Shown piece after piece: positions 20,223 through 31,000 of a stretch of DNA of 64,000 nt; the stretch's first letter is position 1; the number at the start of each line of letters is the position of its first letter. Location of the stretch: positions 95,483 through 159,482 of the forward strand of contig CAYZJI010000003.1 in NCBI GenBank assembly GCA_964479045.1, in the 5' to 3' direction. The DNA comes from an uncultured Enterobacteriaceae bacterium. Lineage in GTDB: Bacteria > Pseudomonadota > Gammaproteobacteria > Eutrophobiales > Eutrophobiaceae. The notes beneath the pieces are model-generated. The model was not told where the DNA came from and did no database searches. It saw nothing but the letters and a program-made list of their open reading frames with translations. Both the position numbers and the translations under genes were made by a program.

Positions 20223-21640
20223 AACAGGACACTCACATCCCGCTGACGTCCATGACGGTCCCGGTCCTGGATAAACAAATCCTGATCATTGAGGATGAAG
20301 CGGTGTTTGCCCGCGCCGTGGAAAAACGGTTGAACCGGGCCGGTTATAAAACCCAGATTGCCGGTGATCTGAAAACTGCGGCAGAAAGATATGAAAGCTT
20401 CTCACCGGATCTGATTCTTCTGGATATGCGTTTACCGGATGGGTCCGGACTGGATTTTCTGGCGCAGCTGCGCACCAAACAGAATATCAATACAGCAGTG
20501 ATCGTCATGTCCGCCTATGGAGAACTGGAAGATGCCGTTTCGGCAATGAAACTCGGCGCGTCGGATTATCTGAAGAAGCCGGTAGACCTGGATGAGTTGC
20601 TGCTGAATGTGGAAAAGGTGCTCGACAAGAGCCAGCTCACCCAGAAACTGACCTATTCCACCAAGCGCGAACAACATGCCGCCGAAGGCGTAGAGTTTAT
20701 CGGTGAATGTGCAGCCATCGTTGCGATCCGGAACCAGGTGGATCAGATCTGCCGCCTCACTCGCGCGACCGATGCCATTCCACCCACAGTCATGATCCTG
20801 GGTGAAACCGGAACCGGCAAGGATGTGGTTGCACGTCTCCTGCACGCGCACAGCAAACGCAGTGATAAACCCTTCGTGCATGTGGATTGTGCGTCATTAC
20901 CGAAAGATTTGATCGAAGCAGAACTGTTCGGCCATGAAAAAGGCGCCTTCACCAATGCCCATGTTGCACGTACCGGTCTTATAGAGGCGGCTGAAGACGG
21001 TACCTTGTTCCTGGATGAAATCGGCGAACTGCCGCTGGACCTGCAATCGAAATTGCTCGCGGTGCTGGAACGCCGGACCTTGCGGCGTGTAGGCACCACA
21101 CAGGAGCGCCCTGTGGCAGCGTGGTTTGTTGCCGCAACCAACCGCAATATCGGTGAGCTCACACAGAAAGGCCAGTTCCGTTCGGATTTGTATTACCGGT
21201 TGAATGTATTGAACATTGCCATGCCGCCACTGCGCGAACGTGGCAAGGATATTTTATTACTGGCGAATCATTTTGCGCAGCAGACGGCGCGCCGTTATGG
21301 CTTGCGTAATACGCAATTCACATCGGATGCTGAACAGTCATTGATGGAATATGCATGGCCGGGCAACGTGCGTGAGATGCGGCATTTACTCGAACGTGTC
21401 GTGTTATTGAATGCCGGTGGTGAACTGAACAGTGGAATGCTGGGATTGCAACCCATCCAGTCCGCACTGAATGAACATACGCCGGCGGACATGGGCGATC
21501 TCACACTGAATGCCGCGGAACTGATGCTGATCAAACAGGCACTGGAGCGCACCAACGGGAATGTTTCAAAAGCGGCGCGCGAACTCGGTACTACGCGCAT
21601 GGCGTTGCGTTACCGCATGAAGAAATATAATTTGTCCTGA
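20219..21640 (+). CDS. Sigma-54-dependent response regulator (NtrC family: REC + AAA+ + HTH)
   Basis: Receiver domain, then Walker A GETGTGKD, GAFTNA and an ESELFGHEKGAFT-like sigma-54 interaction region, then a C-terminal Fis-type HTH. ATGA overlap with the kinase gene. Confidence 0.9.
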   Translation: MKQDTHIPLTSMTVPVLDKQILIIEDEAVFARAVEKRLNRAGYKTQIAGDLKTAAERYESFSPDLILLDMRLPDGSGLDFLAQLRTKQNINTAVIVMSAYGELEDAVSAMKLGASDYLKKPVDLDELLLNVEKVLDKSQLTQKLTYSTKREQHAAEGVEFIGECAAIVAIRNQVDQICRLTRATDAIPPTVMILGETGTGKDVVARLLHAHSKRSDKPFVHVDCASLPKDLIEAELFGHEKGAFTNAHVARTGLIEAAEDGTLFLDEIGELPLDLQSKLLAVLERRTLRRVGTTQERPVAAWFVAATNRNIGELTQKGQFRSDLYYRLNVLNIAMPPLRERGKDILLLANHFAQQTARRYGLRNTQFTSDAEQSLMEYAWPGNVREMRHLLERVVLLNAGGELNSGMLGLQPIQSALNEHTPADMGDLTLNAAELMLIKQALERTNGNVSKAARELGTTRMALRYRMKKYNLS

Positions 21641-21645
21641 AATGC

Positions 21646-22980
21646 TCAGTGTAATTTCATGCGCGGTTTGGCTTTGCGCGTCAGGAAATCCGCGATCGAT
21701 GAGAGTGTGACACGGAAAAATCCGTGCAGGGCCACCTGATGCATTTTATAAAGCGATATGTACACCAGCCGCGCAATTATCCCTTCAATGAAGACACTGC
21801 CCAGCGAGAGTTTGCCGGCCAGGTTCCCCATCAGACTGCCAATCGTGGAATAACGGCTGAGATTCACCAGCGAGCCATAGTCCGTATAGCGGTATTCGGG
21901 TAACGGTTTGCTATTTAATCGGCAGTGCATGGATTTCACCAGCATGGCGGCCTGCTGATGTGCGGCTTGTGCACGGGGCGGGACAGTCGATTCACCATCC
22001 GGCATAGGGCAGGCGGCACAATCCCCAAACGCAAAGATGTTGTCATCACGCGTGGTTTGTAATGTTGTACGCACCACCAGTTGATTGATGCGGTTGGTTT
22101 CGAGGCCATCCAGATCTTTCAGAAAGGGCGGGGCCTGGATGCCGGCCGCCCAGACTTTAATTTCCGCCGGTATGAAACCTCCATCTTCCGTATGGAACCC
22201 GTCTTCCGTGGCCTTGACGATGCGGCGGCCGGTGAGCACATCGATATTCAGTTTTTTCAGTGAGTCAACGGTGTTCTGGGACAAACGTTCGGGCAGGGCA
22301 GGCAGGATGCGATTGGCGGCTTCGACAATGGTGATCTTCACATCTTTTTCCGGAGAGATGCGATCCAGCCCGAACTCCACCAGTTGCCGGGTGGCTTCAT
22401 ATAGCTCGGCGGACAATTCCACACCTGTAGCACCGGCACCGGCAATGGCAATGTGCAACTGACCGGGTCGCAGCGGTTCATTCTGGGTATGCGCAGCGGC
22501 ATATTTACGCAGGATGAGCTGGTGAAATTTGTCTGCTTCCTGCCGGGTATCCAGAAAGTGGCAGTGTTCCTTCACGCCCGGTATGCCGAAATCATTGGTA
22601 GTGCTGCCGACAGCGATAATGAGGGTGTCGTATTTGAATACACGCCGGGGAATATATTCCTCACCTTTTTCATCGACGGAAGCCGCCAGGGTGATTTCCT
22701 GTTTCGCGCGGTTGAGCCCGATCATGCGTCCCAGCCGGAACCGGAAATGGTGCCAATGGCCTTGCGCCATGTAACCCACTTCATCTTCATGCGAATTCAG
22801 GGAACCGGCAGCCACTTCATGCAGCAGGGGTTTCCAGAGATGGGTACGGTTTTCATCGGCCAGAGTAATGACCGCTTTCTTGCGCTTGCCGAGTTTCTGG
22901 CCCAGCTTGGTGGCGAGTTCAAGGCCGCCGGCGCCGCCGCCCACGACAATAATATGATGCAGATCAGACGTTGTATTCAT
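21646..22980 (-). CDS. ndh: Type II NADH:quinone oxidoreductase (NDH-2)
   Basis: Two Rossmann GxGxxG motifs (IVVGGGAGGLE, IAIAGAGATGVE). 444 aa. Confidence 0.85.
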   Translation of the reverse strand: MNTTSDLHHIIVVGGGAGGLELATKLGQKLGKRKKAVITLADENRTHLWKPLLHEVAAGSLNSHEDEVGYMAQGHWHHFRFRLGRMIGLNRAKQEITLAASVDEKGEEYIPRRVFKYDTLIIAVGSTTNDFGIPGVKEHCHFLDTRQEADKFHQLILRKYAAAHTQNEPLRPGQLHIAIAGAGATGVELSAELYEATRQLVEFGLDRISPEKDVKITIVEAANRILPALPERLSQNTVDSLKKLNIDVLTGRRIVKATEDGFHTEDGGFIPAEIKVWAAGIQAPPFLKDLDGLETNRINQLVVRTTLQTTRDDNIFAFGDCAACPMPDGESTVPPRAQAAHQQAAMLVKSMHCRLNSKPLPEYRYTDYGSLVNLSRYSTIGSLMGNLAGKLSLGSVFIEGIIARLVYISLYKMHQVALHGFFRVTLSSIADFLTRKAKPRMKLH

Positions 22981-23005
22981 TGAGGAATATCCAGAAAGTC
23001 CATGT

Positions 23006-23326
23006 TTGCGTTTCAGGCGGTATAATACATCATATATTTATTGTGCTGCAGGAGTAACCCACGTGGATGACAAAACCCGTATTGAACTCGAAGCCGCGGC
23101 CTTCCGTGCGCTGGTCGAGCATCTCAGAAAACACACCGAAGTGCAGAACCTTGATCTAATGAACCTTGCCGGGTTCTGCCGCAACTGCCTGTCCAAATGG
23201 TACAAGGCCGCTGCCGAAGAACGCGGCATCACCATCGACTATGAAGCGGCCCGGGAAATTGTTTATGGCATGCCGTATTCAGAGTGGAAGGACAAGTACC
23301 AGAGTGGCGATAAAGTAAAAATTTGA
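23006..23326 (+). CDS. DUF1244-like small protein (true start may be GTG 23063)
   Basis: About 100 aa. The DUF1244 call is from memory; confirm by profile search. Confidence 0.4.
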   Translation: MRFRRYNTSYIYCAAGVTHVDDKTRIELEAAAFRALVEHLRKHTEVQNLDLMNLAGFCRNCLSKWYKAAAEERGITIDYEAAREIVYGMPYSEWKDKYQSGDKVKI

Positions 23327-23329
23327 TTG

Positions 23330-23520
23330 CCATAGTCGTCATTCCGGGGGCCGAGTTCAGCGAGGCAACGACCCGTAGGATGTGGGGAATGTCGCAAGAG
23401 GACAGGAGTCCGAAGCGACCCGGAATCCAGATCAGAAAACATTTATTTGATTTGGGTCCCGGATACGCTCGTTGTGCTCGCGTTCCGGGAAGACAGACTG
23501 CTCCCGGCATAATTCATGGC
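23330..23520. repeat. Degenerate relative of the MITE family seen at 24199-24373 and 49680-49878
   Basis: Shares internal blocks (GTCATTCCGG, CCGGAATCCAG, CAAAACATTTATTTGA, CCCGGCAT) with the two MITE copies but has no intact TIRs. Confidence 0.3.
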
Positions 23521-23652
23521 AGATGGTTTGACCCGCCCCGGCAGGCCTGTTGTATACTTTCTCACGCTGGCTTGAGCCGATAAACCGGATTGAACCCTTG
23601 CGTTCATGACAGGTCGATAAGAACAACTCTATAACGCTCAAAACGATTCCCT

Positions 23653-24201
23653 ATGAAAATCCAAGGCTACAAAAATAATATCGTTATTCTGCACTGGTTA
23701 ATCGTGATTCTGGTACTGTTTCTGATAGGCACCGGCTGGTACATGGTCGGGCTGGAGAAAGGCACCCCGGCAGTCAAGCAATTCTATAATCTGCATAAAT
23801 CCATCGGCCTCATTGCGCTGGCGCTGGTGGCATTATTGATCAATTTCCGTTTGCGCAATCAACCGCCGGCCCTGCCGGGGAGTCTGCCGGACTGGGAAAT
23901 CAAGGCCGCAAAAGCCGGGCACTGGATACTCTATATTTTTCTGATCATCGTGCCGTTAAGCGGATATATCGAATCCAATTTTGCCAAATGGGGTATCCAC
24001 TTTTTCGGCTTTCACATTCCCTCATGGGGCCCGGAAAACAAAACGCTCTATGATTTCTTCAACCGCATCCATGTGTATTCATCGAATATTTTTGCCGGAT
24101 TGATCGCGCTGCATTTTCTCGCAGCACTGAAACACATGATCAGGAAAACGGGTGTGATGTACCGGATGTTGCCGGAATCAATCCGGCCAGAAAGAAACTA
24201 G
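23653..24201 (+). CDS. Cytochrome b561 family protein
   Basis: Four TM helices with conserved His residues; N-terminus HWLIVILVLFLIGTGWYM. 182 aa. Confidence 0.75.
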   Translation: MKIQGYKNNIVILHWLIVILVLFLIGTGWYMVGLEKGTPAVKQFYNLHKSIGLIALALVALLINFRLRNQPPALPGSLPDWEIKAAKAGHWILYIFLIIVPLSGYIESNFAKWGIHFFGFHIPSWGPENKTLYDFFNRIHVYSSNIFAGLIALHFLAALKHMIRKTGVMYRMLPESIRPERN

Positions 24202-24373
24202 AATCTATCTCAAAATTAAAAATACTGAACAATTCTAGCTATCCTGTCATGTCGGGCTTGACCCGGCATCCAGTAAATAATTGTTTTGACTGGATTCCGG
24301 CTTTCGCCGGAATGACGAATTTTTTTAAATCTCAAAATATTCATCTCAACCATCAATTTTGAGAAAGGTTCTA
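24199..24373. mobile_element. MITE copy A (about 175 bp) with 19-bp terminal inverted repeats
   Basis: Left TIR TAGAATCTATCTCAAAATT (24199-24217). Right TIR AATTTTGAGAAAGGTTCTA (24355-24373). Internal sequence homologous to the 49680-49878 copy in inverted orientation. TA at both outer ends. Confidence 0.6.
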
Positions 24374-25324
24374 ATATACCAAACTGATTTTATATCCTTT
24401 CTGTTCCAGCATTTTCAATAAACCTTTTTCATCCGGCAGATGGGATGCACCGATGGCGATGAATGCGCCGCCTTCCTGCAAATGGGGTTCAATGCGGTCC
24501 AGCATGCGTTGGTTGCGGCCGTAAAGGACCCCTTGCATGAAGCGCTGGAACACCGCTTCATCGTAATGCGGTTCTTCATTGAACAATACGATGCCGGCCA
24601 GATCACGGTTCACATACATGTCCACCAGATCGCGCGTCTTGCGGATGATCTCCTTATGGTTGCAAACCGTATCGTTCAGAATGATGATTTGATCAGCCAA
24701 CCCGATTTTATCCAGAACGCTGGTGAGCTCCTGCATGGTTTCAATTCCCGTCATGGGTTTGTTGGCCGTCATGGCGATCTGCATCAGCACATTTTCCTGG
24801 GTATCGGCCTGTACCGGACGTGGCCTCCCGATGATGCTGAAGGCGGCCCACGGTTTCAATTTGGCGAGTTTCTCCGGCGGTATGCCATACTCCGGGATGA
24901 TTTCTGAAAGTCGATGATAGATTTCCGGATCGAGCAGTGTATTCAGATCGGGTTGCGCCGGATCATAAACAGCCTCGTTGAATGTCGCAAAGGCTTCCGG
25001 CTCCAGCAGCACTTCCATGACCAGCCGTTTGCTTTGTACAAGGGCCAGCCGTACTTGCGGTGGCAGGGAAGTGACCTTCCGATCCTGTGAATGCATGGTG
25101 CCGAAGAGATATGATGGAGACTGACCGTTATCCCCCTCAATTTTCCATAACAAACCCTGTCCGTAAGGTATACTTTCCCGGGATCGTGGGGCAGGATCAA
25201 CCGGGCTCTCAGTCAGGGTATAATCCTGACACAGTGCGGGTTGCGGGGACCCCGTATCTGCTGCGAGGGTCTGGCTACCTGTGGCCAGTGTGACCAATAA
25301 TAATGAAAAGAATAATTTCAGCAT
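24371..25324 (-). CDS. TraB/GumN family periplasmic protein
   Basis: Signal peptide and the conserved YLFGTMH motif of the TraB/GumN/PrgY family. Confidence 0.65.
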   Translation of the reverse strand: MLKLFFSLLLVTLATGSQTLAADTGSPQPALCQDYTLTESPVDPAPRSRESIPYGQGLLWKIEGDNGQSPSYLFGTMHSQDRKVTSLPPQVRLALVQSKRLVMEVLLEPEAFATFNEAVYDPAQPDLNTLLDPEIYHRLSEIIPEYGIPPEKLAKLKPWAAFSIIGRPRPVQADTQENVLMQIAMTANKPMTGIETMQELTSVLDKIGLADQIIILNDTVCNHKEIIRKTRDLVDMYVNRDLAGIVLFNEEPHYDEAVFQRFMQGVLYGRNQRMLDRIEPHLQEGGAFIAIGASHLPDEKGLLKMLEQKGYKISLVY

Positions 25325-25366
25325 AAATTCAGCATCTCAATCCTATACTGCCTTGACCGGCAATAT

Positions 25367-26848
25367 ATGAGTCCAGGGATTACAACTTTGAAAAAAAAGC
25401 CATTCAATCATTTGTCTGACTGCAAAACTGTGCATGGAGTTCTGGCGGTTTCACTGATGGCATTGGCTGCCTGTGCACCTTATCAGTATGAAGCAAGACC
25501 ATTGCAAACAAAACAGGTGGCGGAACAGTTCATGTCCCGGTCACTGGATGAATCCGGCTTGCATGATCATCTACTTGCATATGGTTATCCGGTCAGGCTG
25601 TGGCCGATGCAGAACTGGGACCTGGGCGCACTGACACTGGCAGCATGGTATTTCCATCCCGAGTTGCAGGTGGCGATCGCAGAATATAAACAGTCGAAAG
25701 TGCACGCCGCCGTGATCAATCCGCGTATCAATCCTGAAGTGGAGATTCCGCTGGAGTATCACAGTGACACAGAAGGCGGCCGTTCGCCGTGGACACTGGG
25801 TCTGTTGTTCAATTTCATACTGGAACGCCCAGCCAAACGCGAAGCACGGCAGGCACAGGCCGAGGCTGAGATAAACAGCGCCACTGTCAATATCAATGCC
25901 GTTGCGTGGAACATCTACAGTCAACTGCGCAGGCAGTATATTAATTATCTGGCGACTTTGCAGACTGAAGAATTGTTGCAAAAACAACTGCAGCTGACCG
26001 AAGAGGCCATGCAGTTATTGCGGCGGCGTCTGGAACTGGGGCAGGCGAGCGAATTTGAAATCAATACTATGCAGCTTGAAGTGCAACGATTGCGACTCGC
26101 GCTCACAAACCAGAAGGTGAATGTGGTTGAAGCCCGGCATGCTCTGGCCGGCAGTATGGGCGTCCCTGTGGCTGCGCTGGAACACCAGTCATTTAATCTC
26201 TCGCGTGAATTGTCATTTGCCGGTGGAGAGGAATTGAATACTGAACGCTTGCAGGGAATCGCACTGACCCAGCGTCTCGACATACAACAGTCGCTGGCGG
26301 ACTATGCAGCGCAGGAAGCCACATTAAAACTCGAAATTGAAAAACAATATCCGGATCTCACCCTTTCACCCGGATTTATTTTTGATCAACATGACAATAT
26401 CTGGGCTTTGGGCTCCGCCTGGATATTGCCAATGTTCCAGCCACAGAATCAGGGGCCGATACAGGAAGCCCTTGCTTTACGTGAAACCCGGCAGGCAGAA
26501 TTTCTTGCCCTGCAGGCACGTGTTATTAATGACGTTGATGCCGCCTATGGACGGTTACAGGCACAGCAGACTGCTTTGCAGGAAGCACAGACCTTGCTGG
26601 CAGAAGTGGAAGAGCGTTCCCGGCAGATGCAACGGCAATATGAACTTGGTTATGCGGATCATCTGCAGATCAGCCGGAACCTACTGGAAGCAGCAGCCGT
26701 GAAACAGGCTGTGTCCGATCTGGAATTTTCTGTCTTGCGTGCAAGAAGTCAATTGGAAGACAGTCTGCATTATCCGCTGTACAGTGAACTGGCATATCGT
26801 TTTCTGTTCAATGGGGCGGAACCAACAAGCATATCTGATCCGGAATGA
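25367..26848 (+). CDS. RND efflux outer-membrane factor lipoprotein (TolC/CzcC-like)
   Basis: Lipobox LAACAP. Two repeated coiled-coil/beta-barrel halves of 493 aa. Followed by adaptor and RND pump genes. Confidence 0.8.
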   Translation: MSPGITTLKKKPFNHLSDCKTVHGVLAVSLMALAACAPYQYEARPLQTKQVAEQFMSRSLDESGLHDHLLAYGYPVRLWPMQNWDLGALTLAAWYFHPELQVAIAEYKQSKVHAAVINPRINPEVEIPLEYHSDTEGGRSPWTLGLLFNFILERPAKREARQAQAEAEINSATVNINAVAWNIYSQLRRQYINYLATLQTEELLQKQLQLTEEAMQLLRRRLELGQASEFEINTMQLEVQRLRLALTNQKVNVVEARHALAGSMGVPVAALEHQSFNLSRELSFAGGEELNTERLQGIALTQRLDIQQSLADYAAQEATLKLEIEKQYPDLTLSPGFIFDQHDNIWALGSAWILPMFQPQNQGPIQEALALRETRQAEFLALQARVINDVDAAYGRLQAQQTALQEAQTLLAEVEERSRQMQRQYELGYADHLQISRNLLEAAAVKQAVSDLEFSVLRARSQLEDSLHYPLYSELAYRFLFNGAEPTSISDPE

Positions 26849-26852
26849 TGTT

Positions 26853-27923
26853 ATGAGCCCACTTTATAAATTACTTGCCCCGGTTATTTTGATCCTGCTG
26901 GTGGCCATGGCTGTTTTCTATTTTGATAATGGCAAGCTGTTACCTGCAAACACTAATGAATCACAGGCTGGCATGGATGATGACGACGATGATGTTGCTG
27001 CAGGCGATCTCCTCTCAGGCCGGGCAGTAGTGCACATGCCGGAGAACATTCAGGCCGAGGCCAACCTGCAACTGCTGAAACTGGCACGTGCAGAACGGCG
27101 CGGCGAAATTCACGCTTATGCCCGGGTACTGGACATACAGTCACTGGTCGAGCTGGGTGCGCGTTATCGCGAAAGCGTCACTGAAAAAAGAATGGCCGAA
27201 AATGTGACCGCCATTTCCGGACAGGAGCTTGAGCGGTTGCAGATGTTGCGTAAAGAGGCCTCGAATGTTTCCGAGCGTGAAGTGCAGCAGTCGCGATTGC
27301 AATGGCTGTCCAATCAGTCACTCATGCAGACTGCAGAGGTCAAGCTGGAAAATATCCGCAACCAGATGTTGCAGGGCTGGGGAACGGTGCTGACGGAAGA
27401 AATCCTGAACAATACGGCACTGGCAGACGATCTGATGCAGCGTCGCTCATTATTATTGCTGGTCACGCTGGAAGGCAAACAACAGCTGCCTGATGACACC
27501 GGCAAGATTCTGGTGAATGTGCAGGGCAGCCGCGAACAGGCACAGACGGCGCAATACATTTCTCCGGCGGCCTTTGCCGACAACCAGATTTACGGGCAAA
27601 CCCATTTTTTTCATACGCCAGCCGATGGCTTGCGGCAGGGGCTGTTTCTGGATGCGTGGATTCCTGAAGGAGATGACAGCCGTGAAGGTGTGTACATTCC
27701 GCCTGTTGCAGTCATCTGGTACGCAGACAAGCCCTGGGTTTATATCAAGACCGGCGCCGATACGTTCAGCCGCCGTGAATTAAAAGACTACACCGTGACC
27801 CGCGATGGCTGGTTTGTGAAAGAAGGATTCTTGCCCGGTGAAGACATTGTTCTGCATGGCGGTCAGATGTTGTTGTCGCAGGAGTTTAGATGGTCGATAC
27901 CGGATGAGGATAATGATCCTTGA
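26853..27923 (+). CDS. Putative divergent periplasmic adaptor subunit of the RND efflux system
   Basis: Position between the OMF and the RND pump. N-terminal TM anchor, poly-Asp tract, long coiled-coil, beta-rich C-terminus. No clear HlyD motif seen by eye. Start set at ATG 26853; the ORF-track start 26739 overlaps the upstream gene. Confidence 0.45.
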   Translation: MSPLYKLLAPVILILLVAMAVFYFDNGKLLPANTNESQAGMDDDDDDVAAGDLLSGRAVVHMPENIQAEANLQLLKLARAERRGEIHAYARVLDIQSLVELGARYRESVTEKRMAENVTAISGQELERLQMLRKEASNVSEREVQQSRLQWLSNQSLMQTAEVKLENIRNQMLQGWGTVLTEEILNNTALADDLMQRRSLLLLVTLEGKQQLPDDTGKILVNVQGSREQAQTAQYISPAAFADNQIYGQTHFFHTPADGLRQGLFLDAWIPEGDDSREGVYIPPVAVIWYADKPWVYIKTGADTFSRRELKDYTVTRDGWFVKEGFLPGEDIVLHGGQMLLSQEFRWSIPDEDNDP

Positions 27924-27928
27924 AAAAC

Positions 27929-27970
27929 AGTGAATGGTGAATAGTGATTAGTGATTAGTGAATAGTAATA
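27929..27970. repeat. Heptanucleotide tandem array (AGTGAWT) x6
   Basis: AGTGAAT GGTGAAT AGTGATT AGTGATT AGTGAAT AGTAATA, in the adaptor-RND pump intergenic spacer. Confidence 0.6.
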
Positions 27971-28029
27971 GATGACATTTGACATTATAAATATCTAATT
28001 TCAGCCATGCTTAATTAATCACCAATCCC

Positions 28030-31000
28030 ATGCTCGCCGCCATTGTCAGATTCTCGATCCGCTTCCGGGGAGTTATCTTCGCGCTGGCATTGCTCCTGAT
28101 TGGCTACGGCATTTATGAAATCCCGCGCGCGGGCCTCGATATTTTCCCGGAATTTTCTCCCAAGCTGGTGATCATCCAGACGGAATCTCCCGGGCTTTCC
28201 GCCGAACAGGTCGAGATTCTTGTTACCCAGCAGATTGAGAATGCGATAGGCGGACTTATCAATCTTAATCACGTTCGTTCGGAGTCCATCCAGGGCTTGT
28301 CGATCGTTACTGTTGTGTTTGAGGAAAACAGTGACGTCTACCGTAACCGTCAACTGGTGGCAGAACGTCTCGCCGGCATCAACGAACGTTTGCCGGAAAC
28401 GGTCAAACAACCGGTTATAGTACCACTCGCTTCATCATCGGCGACCATACTCACCATAGGTATTACCAGCGAAGAGCGCAGTTTGATGGAACTGCGCGAG
28501 ATCGCGGACTGGACCATCGTCCCGCGTCTGTTGAGTGTACCCGGGATTGCCGATGTCAATGTGTTTGGCGGCGAAGTGCGGCAATTGCAGATCCAGATCA
28601 AACCGGAACAGCTCAAGCGTTTTGGCGTCAGCATAGAAGATGTTACACGTGTGGCTGAAGCCGCTACCGGGATACAGGGTTCCGGGTTTCTGGAAAATCA
28701 GAATCAGCGCATTACCTTAAGTGTCACCGGTCAACCCGTGGATGAACAGGCGCTGGAACAGGTCGTGTTGAAACGCCATGAAGGCGTGAATATCTTTCTG
28801 CGAGATGTTGCTGACATCAAAATGGCGCCGGAACCCCCTTTCAGCGCCGCTGCCATTATGGGCAAGCACGGCGTGGTGATGATGGTGATTGGACAGTATG
28901 GTGCGAATACCCTGACAGTTTCGCGTGCCGCTGAAGCGGCGCTGGCAGAATTCAAACCCTTGTTCGCGAAACAGGGGATTACGCTCTATCCTGAATTGTT
29001 CCGTCCGGCGAATTACATTCAGACATCACTGCACAACATCTCCGGTCATCTGCTGGCCGGTGGTATTTTTGTTGTTGTAGTGTTGTGCCTGTTTTTATTC
29101 AATCTCAAAACCGCTTTTATTTCTGCCCTTGCCATACCTTTGTCGCTGATCAGCGCGACCCTGGTGCTGCTCGGCATGGGGATCAATCTGAATGTCATGG
29201 TACTCGGCGGATTGGCGATCGCACTGGGTGAAGTGGTGGATGATGCCATCATTGATACTGAAAATATTTTCCGGCGCCTGCGGCAGAACCGCATGCTGAC
29301 AGCACCCCGGCCGGTGCCGGAAGTGGTCTTTGATGCGTCTATGGAAGTACGCGGTTCAGTCGTCTATGCAACATTTATTGTGGCTGTCGTATTCATTCCA
29401 TTGTTGACATTGACAGGCCTTGCGGGCCGCCTGTTTTCCCCGTTGGGATTTTCCTACATTCTGGCGATTCTCATGTCACTGGTCGTGGCGTTGACGGTAA
29501 CGCCGGCGCTTTGTTATCTGTTGCTGGAACGCGGCAAGCTGGCAGAAGATGATCCACCCCTGATCAGGATGATCAAGCCTTTATATGGCTGGTTACTGCA
29601 AATGATCGGTCGTGCGCCCATGCTGACAGTATCGGTCAGTCTCTTGTTCTGTCTGGTTGCGCTGGCGTTGGTACCGGGACTGGGTGGCCAGTTTCTGCCA
29701 CATTTGCGAGAAGGGCATTACATCGCACATACCTCAAGTTTGCCGGGAACGTCATTGCAGGAATCCATACGCATGGGTACGCAATTGACAGAACAATTCC
29801 TGAAAATACCCGGTGTGCATTCTGTCTCTCAATGGGCGGGGCGTGCCGAACGCGGCGCTGATACGTTTGGCAGCCACTATAGTGAATTTGAGGTCGATCT
29901 CAAACCGATGTCCGGCAGTGAGCAGCAACGGGTACTGGATCAACTGCGCCAGACCATGCGCGAAATGCCGGGGATTTTATTTGAGGCCCATAATTTTCTG
30001 TCAGAACGCGTTGATGAAACCATCTCCGGTTATCAGTCGCCCGTCGTGCTGAATATTTATGGTGATGATCTGGAACAACTGGATCAACTGGTGCAGCAAG
30101 TTGCAGGTGTGATGCGCAAGGTTCCGGGCGCTACCGATATCCAGTTGCGTTCACCTCCGGGCACGCCGTTATTGCAGATTCGTCTCAAACCGGAAGCACT
30201 GGCCAGTTGGGGATTGCGTCCGGTAGAGGTTATGGAGGCCATCAAGGTGGCATATGAAGGACAGATCGTCGGCCGTATTAATATGGGTAATCGTATCTAT
30301 GATGTTGCCGTGTTTCTGGATGAAACAGAACGGCAGCAGCCGGATTCCGTAGCCAAACTGCCTTTGCGCACTCTCGATGGACTGTTTATCACACTGGATC
30401 AGGTGGCAGACATCACACAGACCGGTGGCCGCTACAACATACTGCATCGTGGTGCACAGCGCGTACAAACGGTCACCGCGCATGTTGAGGGTCGTGATCT
30501 TGAATCATTCATGGACGAATTACAGGATCGTGTTCTGGGTGAAGTAAAGTTTCCGGCCGGTACCTATCCTGAATTTACCGGAGCCTCACTGGAACGCGCC
30601 AAGGCCCGGGAAGAACTGGTCCTCCATTCAACTCTGGCTGGTATCGCGGTATTGATCCTGATTTATATTGCGATCGGAAATGCACGTAATGTGCTGTTGA
30701 TGCTGCTCAACCTGCCATTTTCACTGGTCGGTGGGGTACTCGCTGTTGTGATGACCGGAGGCACGATTTCGGTAGGTTCCATGGTCGGGTTTATTACTTT
30801 GTTTGGTATCACCGTGCGTAATTCCATCATGCTGGTTTCACATTACAAATATCTCGTCGAAGAAGAAGGTCTGGAATGGAACCTGCAGACGGCCATACAG
30901 GGTGCTCAGGAACGGTTGCCTTCCATATTGATGACAGCGCTGGTGACAGCACTGGCCATGCTGCCAATTGCCTTCGACAGCGATAATCCGGGCCGTGAGA

